A stretch of DNA of 64,000 nt from an uncultured virus (IMG/VR IMGVR_UViG_3300045923_000041) (IMGVR_UViG_3300045923_000041:62001-126000); one strand, 5' to 3'. Positions 21,501 through 30,564 are shown, counted from the stretch's first letter. Made by a program: numbers and translations. The notes: a model not told the origin generated them from the letters alone.

Positions 21501-21674
21501 GTCCGTCATGACGAGAACGAGGTAGTCCGTTCTCGGGACGTTCTCGGCCGAGGAATAGTAGGAGCTGAACGCGCCGGGGTTAGACTCGAAGTTCGCTGGG
21601 GTCAGCGTGAACTGCGAGTTGGCCGCCCCGACGAGCGGTGGCTCCAACACGTATCCCGTGATCGAGAAGCCCAT
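15573..21674 (-). CDS. Very large multidomain baseplate/tail structural protein (2033 aa)
   Basis: Beta-rich, with repeated FTDxxxxF...GxNAG modules and DYxxxxxxGxITF-like motifs; lies between the spike and wedge genes. Confidence 0.7.
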   Translation of the reverse strand: MGFSITGYVLEPPLVGAANSQFTLTPANFESNPGAFSSYYSSAENVPRTDYLVLVMTDGKLPSATFGWTKNEGFVVGEAAIQRFTYDGKHQQFRPLPGSTPLNLGLFGPTLNTSTVKAPVQISNTSTSPAVAPFRLSIGTPAAPIFTFTLTLVTSFTTPAPGNVQMITTGSTAGQLLWNTTDLTNPSYQGQPILFQQQAPFTTQQSNGNIGDIGNNSLLLTPIPGTSQYPLLRIGYGLYLQAIGVSTFSPNPTIGTVEWNTTTGLLKFNSTDITNNAGTPVYYDGVLISANLTLPVQNLGTINLVGNTSPQASVLSPIPAPGGDIIFRVPGVVQFEEAVATPVASFSAVGKQGQVQYDPTTGQIQFSQADRLLYGGQTLQMVSGDLPVERGVSMRFFRCPVDLAGTDASIKDVSAIYQVTDATFQSPIIAMPQVFLPAIPIDNPTYAPYTQYPLVVMVEQGTGSFISSNLPNQTTTPTAGIGYVLDSDTGTLQYAQRYNTQSLLLQQATAIAVLPNPLVFPSNLNFAIETAPGSGFYTPFTESPPGSGVFVSTTGLGGLFDETAGQFSFTQVNEQLAEGSTGSFSGTSFTDTSADFTTDNVLPGMYLAVTSGAAQGVYTIGSPVNPTLLLTDVAGTTSSNLDYQVFASKEVLADRFFQEVELVDPNTKVERIRALGTITNSPRLSVMTTYVNVVRFRYGKGPNATFSTHVNVVANDAAFSSPSSLPQGTVEVSAATGDLNFSQVDVTAGGTVYFVRLLTQNVDYVMTPALGTITFTVRMLAEEEGLVTYTSQNAPSTVIVEPMTFLVRKELCQPHPVPTTTLQFNPLGRTVATNPTQAVWRGGRPQVIPTQCVVNASNSTITFQPDAILTNALPHGAIVNPIENVYIDYYVYEAIGGEKTTTVLQPPINLAQVNIVSDSNITAPSVIPDNTYFMIAGNYAASFPPGFLLRIETQQVYLIGSSTYDAGTGMTTVTLGGGESFTDDFQNPTLYVASGPTPLTPTVFIPSYFQTELASYEPVSIGMNQVTIAGNRTGSYKTGTILLFTTGSEQDFYEATGVTYDSTNNVTNITLARNTVLQYDVETLSYSVRPIYEAGAKVVTTTYVPVLTQPYIVWRRMGGQVGTILSSPTDYTIEPSGNITLTVPLQPGEEVSIFYTGYYTVQAGLHFRASYTNVITPSAPNGLLNQSLMANYYTFSPDSFYYRVETMTNFRGEFAQELQQDSTSGAPTSGPQTSNSSSPQLYSQGRQSIYYSEGHLANQDIIARSTLTYYNTIVNDLEAVLAAFDGRVVGDHDGLFKFDGVIGRTVSSPADALNQIDDLVQVSPFPLPNGTYQKLYIAGPYSRFFTTRRNLFTTSPCQDASGPNDGDTVAKLTFSNLSSLPSQVSRRAPRAQILQPYPPGNTVFAVDNATGTNDALQRPAFPTSGPNSPMKVVVEDPTHNESLGNSYIPASANVTVTAISGGTPQTITLSGGSAFEIPAGATITMSPSDANSMLSGGNDPPGSGGYQMVYQFGKDVDCDLGTGEIRYKKRHFPFDGTLPTTIIPKFLLIYPVQLGTTSGDILQVYGAGLFATNVAPYRFPALDGGTVDDDGDQAIPLVGPLFNGETTEAGGGPLNSELAQITNLQTLALPFVGTGTIDVSGLHITLTSGTFPGAPKQYDLVRILTGVNAGSSFHHAGTGSTTTALFVAPSEPFTYDPNPFSFEVVTTTSSLVETLSGSVTGTAFTDSGTPFSASMVGYTIVVTTGANAGLRRNIATYNASNSVTLDQSLTTDSAFSYRVDNTLATYDGFFYQSLLAAVSQELVTIGTTEEAAINQFFTDAFTVVVGPSTGTVTLPTTLTDSTQDFTEVTGSDYVYVPSGSNAGIYQIASTTPPHVLTTTQNFTAAIPTTYQIVSTFGLSFTTLTNVFSILAQNTTFVTTTTTWQTLLTTSVPVVGDAQAVAWGFLATDLTARHTVVQNRVNYLTNPATGPIALIENALTGTDRLYDARYTWIDARIDQQSGLLIQEAVAITNRIAAQANILNQLLMILAVQAA

Positions 21675-21692
21675 CCTGTCTGCATCCTGTCT

Positions 21693-22265
21693 TCATACGA
21701 CGGACCCGAACCCGACCCCCACTGAGGGGGCCGGACCTGCTCCGCCCGCGATCGGTGTCACGGTAGTGTAGGCCGCAAAAGTAGTATCGAGCGCGATTCC
21801 GATGGCTGTTGCTTTCTTGACGGACCCTGGCCCCACCATCCCTGCCGTAGCGAACCCAGCGATCATGGCAGGGATCGCGGAGCCGCCCTGGAAACGTACT
21901 ACACCGGCCCCGACCCCTACCGTGGTGTGAGCTGTCGTGATGAGCCCCTGGGCGAAACCTGTCGTCAGACCGATGGACAGGCCGAGGATGGTCAGAGGGG
22001 CAAAGGGCCCAACAATGCCCATGGCCGCGAACCCCTGCGTGAGCCCTGCCGTAATGAGCGGAGTAGGGACCAGGAGAGGCGTGGCCCCCACCCCGACCCC
22101 GACCACACCAGAATCGACCGTGATCGGCTTGACGATGCCCGTCAGGTACGCGAAGACGCCGGACGCGACCCCGTTTGCAAACTGAGGCACAGACGGCCCA
22201 ATGTGGCCCGTTGAGACCAACGCGGCCGCAATCGTCGCCGTGAGCCCTACCGGAGTGATCGGCAT
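21693..22265 (-). CDS. Gly/Ala-rich hydrophobic protein, spike-associated (190 aa)
   Basis: TGATG overlap with the spike stop; almost no charged residues. Confidence 0.6.
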   Translation of the reverse strand: MPITPVGLTATIAAALVSTGHIGPSVPQFANGVASGVFAYLTGIVKPITVDSGVVGVGVGATPLLVPTPLITAGLTQGFAAMGIVGPFAPLTILGLSIGLTTGFAQGLITTAHTTVGVGAGVVRFQGGSAIPAMIAGFATAGMVGPGSVKKATAIGIALDTTFAAYTTVTPIAGGAGPAPSVGVGFGSVV

Positions 22266-24484
22266 CAGATTGACCTCACCACGGCGCAGCCTTGGAGCGG
22301 CAGGCCCGTGATCCAGTCGAGGGAGGGAGAGCCTGGGGGCATCATCGGGGCGCCACGGGCAACCCCAAAGACAGCCGCGGGACCCCCAAAGAGCATCTGT
22401 GGAGCGATGAGGGACACAACGCTGGTCGAGGTGATGGTCGCCGGTCCGCCTGCCGTCAGAGAGATGGCTGCGGCCGCCTGCATACTGACCGCTGCGGCTG
22501 CGGTCAGGGCGATAGCGCCCGCGCCCACGTTGACCGAGAAGGCTCCGGCGCCCACGTTGATCGCGAAGGCACCGCCGCCGTTGTTGAAGGTCGTCACGCC
22601 GGCGGCGGTGTTGTACGATCGGGCTCCTGCGACCACGGAGTCCAGAAGGGCGCCCGCGAGAATGGTCTTGATCTCCCCGCCCGCCAGGATGTTGGTCGTG
22701 ACGAGGAGCGCGTAGTTCATGATGGTCTTGTCGGTCACCGTGAGCGACAAGCCGCCATAGCTGCCCGTGAACCCGCCGTTAGCCGACTGAGACATGGTGT
22801 CGGCTTTGATCGAATGCCGACCGTTCGCGGTCTCCGTAATCGATCCGTAGGCATTGAGGACGTAGTCCCCGGTCAGCACCTTGTTCTCGTTACCCTCGAC
22901 CGTTGTATCGAGCGAGATGCCCTGACCCGTAGAGTCGGACGGCGAGCCCGAGTGCGTGACCTTCACGGGGCAGTCGTACTCGATGTCCACGGACTGACCC
23001 GCCGCGAGGTGGCCGACACGGGCCTTAATGCCCCCCGCAAAGTCCGCGATGAGCGAGGCGCCAAGGGATGTCTCCATCCCGAGGAACATCTTGAGCGCGC
23101 CGCCCATCGTGACCTCGGCGCTAACGTTCTTGGACCCGCTCGGGTAGCGCTCGACGACCGAGCCTGGGACGCTGAGAAACAGCTTACCCTGCTTGGAGAT
23201 CGAGCAAGAGAACGGATCGACCTTGTCTTGCTGATTCGGGGGGTTGATCTGGAAGAAGAACGCGCCCGCTGTGGTGTTCGCTTCGAGATCTGGCTCCGTG
23301 GCCAAACGTGGCACCACGTTCATCGTGAATTTGCCAGGGTCCTTCGAATCCGACCAGATGTCGTCGAAGATCTGCGGCTTGAGCATCTGCGCGTACTGGC
23401 GCATGCCGTTGCCAGAGAGCGCGTCGTTGCCCACGACCGTCCCCATCGCAAGCTCGATGAACCGACGAGGCTGCGACATCTGGAAGCCGTCGATCTCGTC
23501 CCGAACCTCCTGCGAGGCGTCTGTCGTGTGCGAGATCTCGACCCTGCGCTCCGTGTACGCGAGGGCGCCCAAGGAGGTATCCGGATCCTCGAAATTCACC
23601 CCGACGTTCGTTGCCGGGTAGAAGACTCGCCTGCCGTTGTTGTACGTGACCGGAGGGAAGTCAGACACGTCGTTGAAGAACCCAAGCACCTTGCCGTTCG
23701 AGTTGGCGTACTTGTTCGGGCCGTTGGGTACGTCCGGGCCGATGGCCGCAAGGTCAGTCTGACCGAAATAGCGGTTGGCTGTCGTTTGCAGCGTCACCCC
23801 GTCCTTCTGGAAGATGTCATTGGGGAGGAACGCTTGCCCGCGGCGGATCGGACCCGTGATCTCGTGCACGCCCGAAGTGTTCTCGACCCTATGGATGCCC
23901 TGCGTGATCAGCGTGCGGTCCACATCGCGCAGCTCGATGAAGTCGCCGGCACGGTTGTAGAACTTGGCGTCTCGCGTAAGGGCGAACTCGGCACCCTGCG
24001 ACGACATGCCGCCAACGTCGCCAGGACGCAAGCGCATGCGCTTGTAGCGGATGGTCGGCCCGAGGAAGTTGTTCAGGAAGGCCACGTCACTCGGATCCAC
24101 TTGAGAGGGATCCGTGGGGGCCATCGGGTCGAAGTTGAGTGCGAGGCGCGAGGCTGCCGGCAGGTAGCCGAGGATGACGCCTTGCGTGATCTGCTTACTC
24201 TTGCGTCGGTAGCCGAGAATGACGAGCGAGTTGACCTCTGGGATGCCCCCGAGGAAGCTTCGTGGACCCGCCATGCTCTGCGAGAGGTCCACCTCGTAGT
24301 GGTCACCACCTCCGGTGAGCACCTTGAGGTCCGCGACCATGTTGATCTCGTCAACGCGGGTGATGATCGCGACCTTGAGGCCGAACCCGCCGCCCTCCCC
24401 TGAGTCAGCGAACTTAGAATCCTTCCTCTGCCCCACTTCACGGGGCATCGGAGCGCCGGGCGGTCTGGTACCTGCGATTGACAT
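22265..24484 (-). CDS. Baseplate central spike (gp5/gpV-like)
   Basis: N-terminal OB-fold (VAIITRVD...GIPEVNSLVILGY), C-terminal beta-helix-like repeats, LDWITGLP tip; follows the hub. Confidence 0.75.
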   Translation of the reverse strand: MSIAGTRPPGAPMPREVGQRKDSKFADSGEGGGFGLKVAIITRVDEINMVADLKVLTGGGDHYEVDLSQSMAGPRSFLGGIPEVNSLVILGYRRKSKQITQGVILGYLPAASRLALNFDPMAPTDPSQVDPSDVAFLNNFLGPTIRYKRMRLRPGDVGGMSSQGAEFALTRDAKFYNRAGDFIELRDVDRTLITQGIHRVENTSGVHEITGPIRRGQAFLPNDIFQKDGVTLQTTANRYFGQTDLAAIGPDVPNGPNKYANSNGKVLGFFNDVSDFPPVTYNNGRRVFYPATNVGVNFEDPDTSLGALAYTERRVEISHTTDASQEVRDEIDGFQMSQPRRFIELAMGTVVGNDALSGNGMRQYAQMLKPQIFDDIWSDSKDPGKFTMNVVPRLATEPDLEANTTAGAFFFQINPPNQQDKVDPFSCSISKQGKLFLSVPGSVVERYPSGSKNVSAEVTMGGALKMFLGMETSLGASLIADFAGGIKARVGHLAAGQSVDIEYDCPVKVTHSGSPSDSTGQGISLDTTVEGNENKVLTGDYVLNAYGSITETANGRHSIKADTMSQSANGGFTGSYGGLSLTVTDKTIMNYALLVTTNILAGGEIKTILAGALLDSVVAGARSYNTAAGVTTFNNGGGAFAINVGAGAFSVNVGAGAIALTAAAAVSMQAAAAISLTAGGPATITSTSVVSLIAPQMLFGGPAAVFGVARGAPMMPPGSPSLDWITGLPLQGCAVVRSI

Positions 24485-24491
24485 TTGATCC

Positions 24492-27400
24492 TCAGGGGGT
24501 CGAAGCCGGGGGCAGCGCAGCTAGCTGAGACTGCGCGTTCGCGAGTTGCTGTTGTGTCGTGTAGAGCTGGCTTTCCAAGTTCTTGAGCGTCTGCGTGGTG
24601 TCCCCAGGCGCGACAACGTTCGGTTGGGACAGAGCCTTGATCTGCGTCTGGAGGCTAGAGATCTGACTCTGGTACCCTTGAATCTGTTGCGTGAGCTGCG
24701 CCCTCTGCGCGTTACTCTTGACCGAAGCTCCGAAGTTCTGCCAGTTCTGCGAGAGGGAAGACAGTGCGCTGTCCGCTTGCTGCGCGATGGCGATCGGGTT
24801 GTCCGTCTGCCCAGGCCCACCTGGTCCGTATGGCGGAGTAACGTTCGCGAACCCGTTGCCCGATGTTCCGAACTCGACGTTCTGCACAAGTTCCTGGTCG
24901 CTCTGCGCGATGAGTTCTTGCTGGCTGGGGTCGAGGTTGGTGGGGTCGCCACGCAGCGCGTTCTCGTACTGCTGGTGCACCTGGTCGAGCTGGTTGTAGA
25001 GGTTGTAGAGGAACGTGTCGATCGTGTTCTCCACTTCCTGAGGCGTCATCGGCACGGCCTGACTATCGTTGACCGGCACCGGGGTGTTCGTAGCGGCGGC
25101 CGTAGCCGGAGCGAGGTTGCCCTGATCCGGTGTCGCAGCATTGGGCGAGGAAAGCGTGGAGACGCTGTACCCGTTGCCCGAGGAGATGAAGATGAGGTCC
25201 GCACGACCGAGCAAGCACGCGCACTCCGTGTCTGAGGTGACGTCGCCCGTCTTCGGAACCATCTCGTAGAGCGTCAGGCCGTTCGAGAGCTGCCCAGCTT
25301 CGACGCTGTTCGGCACACCCGCTTGCTGCGGGGAGTTGAGTGTGGTGGCTTTCGGGTCGCCCAACATGGGGTACGCGCCGGGAGTCGTGGGCGGCGTGTA
25401 GTATTGCGGCCCGGTGTCTGGGTTGACGAAGCCTGCGGTCTGGAGATCCTCGGGGGTGAGCGTAGAGAGCGTAGCTGCCGGGTTCTGGTAGGCGCTCGTG
25501 ACAGACGTGATCCCCTGCGCCTGTGCGTTGAGCGTGGCGTAGAGGTCACCACCGAGAGCGGTCTGCTCCGAGACAGTGGCCATGCTGTCCCGTTGGCCTT
25601 GTTGCTGCACGACCAGGTTTCCATCCCGAAGCATGACGCCACGGCCGTAGCGGAACACGCCCACGACCTCGAACCCACGCTCATCCGAGACCGGCCGAAT
25701 GAGACCCGAAGCCCCTTGCAAGGCTTGAATTCCTCCAGAAGTGCCCTGGATGTGCAGGTTCTTGTTCGGGAAGATGAGCACCTCTTTGATCACATCCGCC
25801 TTGTCATACGCGTAGACGTACGCGCCAGCGGAGTTCAAACCGTACTGGTAGCGGTTGTTGAGATACTGCTCGCGCACACGCGTGTCGGTGTTTGCAGCGT
25901 TGAAGGGCGCGAGCACTGCACTTGCTGTCTGATTGGCGGCGTTCGTGAAGGCGGTCTTCTTCGCAGCGAGCACGTCTGGGTTCGTCGAGGACTGTGGCCG
26001 GTGACCCGCGACTTGACCCGTCTGATCCGTGGTCCCTTGAAAGGAACGCGTGAAGAGCATGACCGCGTTCGGGTAGCCTACGATGCGACCCGTCTTCGAG
26101 TTGCGAAGGATGAGAGGGTCGTATGGGCTTTGGCTGCCCGCATTCGGAATGGGAGGCGTCGGCGGGAAGGTGGCCGCCGTGCCCATCTTCAGGTTGAACG
26201 AAGCGCTCTGGGAGAGCTGCTTCGAGCTGTACGATACCTGGCCCGACGCTGAAGTGGTGGGGGTGCCCTGCGGCGCGCTGGCGAGCGAGAGCGTTCCAAT
26301 ACCCTGAGGGGCGATGAACTTCTTACGCCGAGCGGTCAAGGTCAACGAGGTTGTAGCTCGCCCACCGTACGCGATGTTGTGGCTGATACCGCTGACGTAC
26401 CAGACCTCGTCCTTGGGGGCGATGTAGACAGGGAACCCAAGACGCAGCTCTGGACGGATGGGGATCGTGACCGTTCCACGATGCCGGCGGGCGTTCCACC
26501 TGTCGAGCATGTCTAGGCCAACGTAGAACATCTTGTTGGTGTCGCCCAGGAACTCCGAGTTGAAGGTCTGCGACCGCCAACCGTACTGACGAAGCAAGTG
26601 GAAGTCCGTAACCGACGTCATCGGCGTCAGCTCTTGGGCAAGGCCGTAATCCACGTTGCCGCCGTAGCTGCCCTGCATGATGATCTGCGTGACGACTTCC
26701 GACTCGGAGGAGGAAAAGTCCCAGTCGATGATGTCGATGTCCTGGATCCAGGAGATCGGCTTGTTCCCGAGCACGTCCAGGTTGTAGAACGGTGGCTTGA
26801 AAACAACGCTCCCGTCCACGTCCATGTACAGCTCGAAGCCGATGGCCTCTTTCGCGGCCGTACCGAGTTCAAGCTTGGTCTGGTACTCGGAGTTCCACAG
26901 GGGGACTTCGACGTTGAGGTTGCTGCGGAAGGCTACGACCTCTTCATCCGTAGGGTCGTAGACCGCCTGACCCGAGTTGGGGCCGCCCATCGCCTTCGCG
27001 ATGCTCTTGGCAACCCAGTGCTTGCCGACCTTTGTTGTACCCGTGGGAACGTACTCGTTCAGAACGTCGCCCCGGATGGAGTAACCGTTCGCAGCATAGA
27101 GCATCAAGTTGCTGCGGATGCGTTGGAACCGCTCCTCCCAATAGATGGCGAGGTCGGCGAAGATACCGTTGAAGAGGTTCTTCTGCGCGCCCGACTCCCG
27201 GTACTGAGCCACAAGGCCGCCCGTACCGACGATGATGTCCCCGAAGGACTGCTGCGCGAGGGTCCAGATGATGTCGTAAGGATTGGCACCGAAGAAGGCG
27301 TTGCCGAAGAGCGCCATGCCCATCGCGCCCGGGTGCGGCGACGTGAACGCGCTGTTCGTCGCCATCTTGCAGACTTCCCACCACTTGAGGATGTCTGCGC

Positions 27401-27806
27401 AGTGGATGGAAACCGAGTGCTCGCCGCCCGAGTAGCTGTCGTTGACCTCCGTGACGAGACCCCAGAAGATCGGGTAGTATTGCGGCAGACCCTCCACGAG
27501 GAAGTGGCCCTTCGTGTAGATCTCGACCTCCATCATCGGGCAGATGATGGGGCTGTTGTCGAAGTAGAAGTCGTCTATGGCATGCCGGGGCACGGACAGG
27601 TTCAGGCTCGCCGAACCGGGCACACTGTCGATCGACAGGTCCACCTGGACCGACGTGATGTACTTGTTGAACGGGAAGCTCTTGTTGCAGACCGGGCAGC
27701 CGATCACATCCGAGTTGCCGTTGATGAGTACGATGGAGTCTGGCGCCGTCACAACAGTGGGGCGGGCTCCGTTGACGTACGTGCCTTGGAAGGGACTGCG
27801 GGCCAT
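24492..27806 (-). CDS. Baseplate hub protein (gp27/gpD-like)
   Basis: FWGLVTEVNDSY, FELYMDVDGSVVFKPPFYN, GTVTIPIRPELRLGFPVY..WYVSGISHNI..TTSLTLT; C-terminal coiled coil. Confidence 0.8.
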   Translation of the reverse strand: MARSPFQGTYVNGARPTVVTAPDSIVLINGNSDVIGCPVCNKSFPFNKYITSVQVDLSIDSVPGSASLNLSVPRHAIDDFYFDNSPIICPMMEVEIYTKGHFLVEGLPQYYPIFWGLVTEVNDSYSGGEHSVSIHCADILKWWEVCKMATNSAFTSPHPGAMGMALFGNAFFGANPYDIIWTLAQQSFGDIIVGTGGLVAQYRESGAQKNLFNGIFADLAIYWEERFQRIRSNLMLYAANGYSIRGDVLNEYVPTGTTKVGKHWVAKSIAKAMGGPNSGQAVYDPTDEEVVAFRSNLNVEVPLWNSEYQTKLELGTAAKEAIGFELYMDVDGSVVFKPPFYNLDVLGNKPISWIQDIDIIDWDFSSSESEVVTQIIMQGSYGGNVDYGLAQELTPMTSVTDFHLLRQYGWRSQTFNSEFLGDTNKMFYVGLDMLDRWNARRHRGTVTIPIRPELRLGFPVYIAPKDEVWYVSGISHNIAYGGRATTSLTLTARRKKFIAPQGIGTLSLASAPQGTPTTSASGQVSYSSKQLSQSASFNLKMGTAATFPPTPPIPNAGSQSPYDPLILRNSKTGRIVGYPNAVMLFTRSFQGTTDQTGQVAGHRPQSSTNPDVLAAKKTAFTNAANQTASAVLAPFNAANTDTRVREQYLNNRYQYGLNSAGAYVYAYDKADVIKEVLIFPNKNLHIQGTSGGIQALQGASGLIRPVSDERGFEVVGVFRYGRGVMLRDGNLVVQQQGQRDSMATVSEQTALGGDLYATLNAQAQGITSVTSAYQNPAATLSTLTPEDLQTAGFVNPDTGPQYYTPPTTPGAYPMLGDPKATTLNSPQQAGVPNSVEAGQLSNGLTLYEMVPKTGDVTSDTECACLLGRADLIFISSGNGYSVSTLSSPNAATPDQGNLAPATAAATNTPVPVNDSQAVPMTPQEVENTIDTFLYNLYNQLDQVHQQYENALRGDPTNLDPSQQELIAQSDQELVQNVEFGTSGNGFANVTPPYGPGGPGQTDNPIAIAQQADSALSSLSQNWQNFGASVKSNAQRAQLTQQIQGYQSQISSLQTQIKALSQPNVVAPGDTTQTLKNLESQLYTTQQQLANAQSQLAALPPASTP

Positions 27807-27814
27807 GGTCTGAT

Positions 27815-29668
27815 CTAGGTCTGGGTTGAGAGCGTGAGGCCGCCGGGACCAACTTCGTCGATGGTGGCGTTGTAGATAGGCACGGGAGCCGCAGGCTGCG
27901 GGATGACAGGAGAAGAGTTCGGGACCGTCGTCGATTGATTGGTAGGCGTCGTCGGCGGTTGCTGGACCGTGAAGCCCCCTTGAGGAATGCCATAGGTGAA
28001 GTTGGGGTCCGCCACCTGATCGAAGACGAAGGTCGCACGAGCCGTGAAGGAGAAGCTGTACTCCAACGAGTAAGGTTCCGTGTCGGTCTCGGTGATCGTG
28101 AAGTTGTCGAACGACCCCACGTACAGCGTGTAGTCGAAGTAGATGTAGATGGAGCCCAGGACCGAGAGGTTGCTCTTCGAGAAGTCGATGGGGTCGGGCA
28201 CGTAGATGCCCGCATTGTTGCGGTAGATCTGGTAGAGCGACACGAGGTTCTGGAACGACAGCGAATACTGCCGTGCCGTCCTCGTGAGGCCAGGACCCAT
28301 CGAATCGGTAGTCGTGTCGATCGCTTGGAAAGCAGCGATCTTGCCCGAGCCCTCGATCTTGTCCTGGTTGTCACCCCAGTGCTCGACGATGTCTTGCGGG
28401 CCGAAGCGGGTCCAGTTACCGTCCGCAATGACCTTCTCGTTGTTGACCTTGAACGACCTCGGGTTGACGAGGAGTTGCAGAGGCGGCGTCTGCGCCATCT
28501 GCGTAATGAGTTGCTGCGAGGCCAAGGCAGACGCTCGCTGCGCCTGTGCGTAGTTCTGCGCGACCTGGTTCTGCGAGTTCTGGAGGTCCGTGTTTTGGGA
28601 CGTAGAGATCTGCGAGGCTGCCTGCGCGCTAGCTCCTGACCCGGTAGCAACCCAATCTGTCGAGACGTTCGTGGTGATCGTACCCGCAGGGCTGAACGTG
28701 AGCGGCGCGGGGAGCTGACTCGTGTCCAGGGACCCAAGCTGGCCCACGAGAGTGTTTGGGTCGTGGAACCCTTGGAGGTACCCGCCCACGCTGACGCCCA
28801 TGTACGAGTATTGGCCAGCGCTCTTCAGGGCGTTCACGTAGCCCTGCGTGTCCCCCGCCGCTGCCGCCTGGAAGGCCGCTTGGCCGCCCGTTCCCTGGAT
28901 GGCGTTGAGGAACGCGGTCGCGCCCCCCACCGCCGTGCTGTACGACGTGTAGTAGGAGACCGGGCCTTCGCCCTGCGTCCCCGGGCAGTTCACGTACCCG
29001 AAAGTGTTGTGGTTGGCGATGGCCTTCGCGCCCCAGGACGTCGAGGGGTTGAAGTTGCCGATGTACCCAGGGTTGTTGTTGGGCCACTGGACCGTCGTGC
29101 CGCTCGGAGAGCCGGTCTCACGCATCGAGTGGGCACAGAGCGTTGCAAGAGTCAGTGCTGAAGGCGGGCTTCCGAACTTCTGCGTGTAGGCGGTGTTGAG
29201 GGCGGCCGCAAGCTGTTGCAAGCTCAACGTCTGAACGATGGGCGGTCCCTGGTTCGATCCCGGATCACCGTCCACGTTCTGCCCGTGGCAGCCTCCGAAG
29301 GCCCCCGCCGGTCCCTGACTCGAACTGACGGTGGAAGCACTGCCGCTCGCTGGCTGCGGTTGCGCCTGAGGGGCGGTCCCCAGAGTAGGCTGCTTGGGCG
29401 TGCGGTCCAACGTGCGCCCGGTAGGGAGCGACGAAGGCGGGATGAGCCCGATGACGAAGAGCTTCTTGCTCTGGTCAGGGTTGTTCATCGCGTCGGAAAC
29501 GGGGATGAACTGCGCTCCCATCGCATCCGGTTGCAGGATGAGCGACTGGCTGAGCTGCGACAGAAGCGAGTAGTAGAGCGACGGCGAGTAGTAGTTCGCG
29601 TTCTGCGCGATCTGTTGGTAGATCGACGTGTTCGACGGGTTCGTGTTGTTGTTGCCGTTGTCCGCCAT
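27815..29668 (-). CDS. Tail-tube initiator (gp48/gp54-like) fused to a lysozyme-fold muramidase/glucosaminidase domain
   Basis: Middle: LCAHSMRETG...NNNPGYI...SYSTAVGGATAF...GYVNALKSAG.Y (GH73/FlgJ-like). C-terminus: LLVNPRSF...VEHWGD...YVGSFDNFTITE...YSFSF, paralogous to 29672..30556. Confidence 0.7.
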   Translation of the reverse strand: MADNGNNNTNPSNTSIYQQIAQNANYYSPSLYYSLLSQLSQSLILQPDAMGAQFIPVSDAMNNPDQSKKLFVIGLIPPSSLPTGRTLDRTPKQPTLGTAPQAQPQPASGSASTVSSSQGPAGAFGGCHGQNVDGDPGSNQGPPIVQTLSLQQLAAALNTAYTQKFGSPPSALTLATLCAHSMRETGSPSGTTVQWPNNNPGYIGNFNPSTSWGAKAIANHNTFGYVNCPGTQGEGPVSYYTSYSTAVGGATAFLNAIQGTGGQAAFQAAAAGDTQGYVNALKSAGQYSYMGVSVGGYLQGFHDPNTLVGQLGSLDTSQLPAPLTFSPAGTITTNVSTDWVATGSGASAQAASQISTSQNTDLQNSQNQVAQNYAQAQRASALASQQLITQMAQTPPLQLLVNPRSFKVNNEKVIADGNWTRFGPQDIVEHWGDNQDKIEGSGKIAAFQAIDTTTDSMGPGLTRTARQYSLSFQNLVSLYQIYRNNAGIYVPDPIDFSKSNLSVLGSIYIYFDYTLYVGSFDNFTITETDTEPYSLEYSFSFTARATFVFDQVADPNFTYGIPQGGFTVQQPPTTPTNQSTTVPNSSPVIPQPAAPVPIYNATIDEVGPGGLTLSTQT

Positions 29669-29671
29669 AGG

Positions 29672-30556
29672 TCACACCCCCGTCTGGCCGCTGCCCCGGG
29701 CTCCGATGACAGGAGCGTTCGGGTTGGCGATGCCGGTTGCGGCCGAGGTCGTTCCTGAGGTCCCGATGGATGCCAGTGCAGCCGCTTGCTGCCCAGCCGT
29801 CAGGCCGCCTGAGGCGACGAAGCCTGCCTGTGACTGCACAGGAGGCGAGGTGTTTGGAGCTTGCACGGAGGTTGACGAGGTTGTCGGGTTCACCCCAGGC
29901 GTGCCCTGGAAGTTCGTAGACTGGAAGGCAGGCGTCCCGACGTAGCCGTTCGGAGAGAGACCGCCGCCCACGGGAATGAGCTGAATCGTCTGCTGGACCT
30001 TGAAGGACCAGGAGACCTTGAACATGAACGGCGTGTCGTCCGTCTCTTCCACTTCGAAGGTCTTGAAGTACCCGATGTACGTCCCGCGATCGTACATGAG
30101 CATGACGTTGCCCTGGAGGACGATGTTGCCAGCCGGATCGAAGACCGACCCGTTATTGCGGTACAGATCGTAGAGGTCCCGATAGCGGTCCCATGCAATC
30201 GTGTACTGGCGAACGACGCTGGCCGTGCCCGAGTAGATGTTGAGGAAGGCTCCGGTCACGCCGTCTGCGGAGAGGTCCGTCATCTCGTCGCCCCAGTGCT
30301 GCTCGACGAAGCCGCCGCGCGTCTGGATGCGTTCGATCTTCTTCGTGTAGTTCTCGGAGAAGTTCTGCGGGTTGACGTGCATGACGAGTGCGTGTGGAAG
30401 CAGAGCCTTGGTGTTGTCGAGAGGGCTTGTGATCTGGAACGCCATCGGGATGAACGACCGACGAGAGTCCACACCATGGACGTACGACGGCTGATTCGTC
30501 GGTCCCGAGTTGACCGGGAAGTTGTTGGGGTTCGCGGGAGAGTTGATCGCGGGCAT
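29672..30556 (-). CDS. Tail-tube initiator (gp48/gp54-like)
   Basis: MHVNPQNF...TRGGFVEQHWGD...YIGYFKTFEVEE...FKVSWSF; directly downstream of the tape measure gene. Confidence 0.75.
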   Translation of the reverse strand: MPAINSPANPNNFPVNSGPTNQPSYVHGVDSRRSFIPMAFQITSPLDNTKALLPHALVMHVNPQNFSENYTKKIERIQTRGGFVEQHWGDEMTDLSADGVTGAFLNIYSGTASVVRQYTIAWDRYRDLYDLYRNNGSVFDPAGNIVLQGNVMLMYDRGTYIGYFKTFEVEETDDTPFMFKVSWSFKVQQTIQLIPVGGGLSPNGYVGTPAFQSTNFQGTPGVNPTTSSTSVQAPNTSPPVQSQAGFVASGGLTAGQQAAALASIGTSGTTSAATGIANPNAPVIGARGSGQTGV

Positions 30557-30564
30557 AGGTCAGA

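Noticed and set aside
21672..21692. Direct repeat AGACAGGATG x2 at the start of the 2033-aa gene
   Set aside because: Real but only 10 bp; most simply a small duplication that supplies an AGGA SD.
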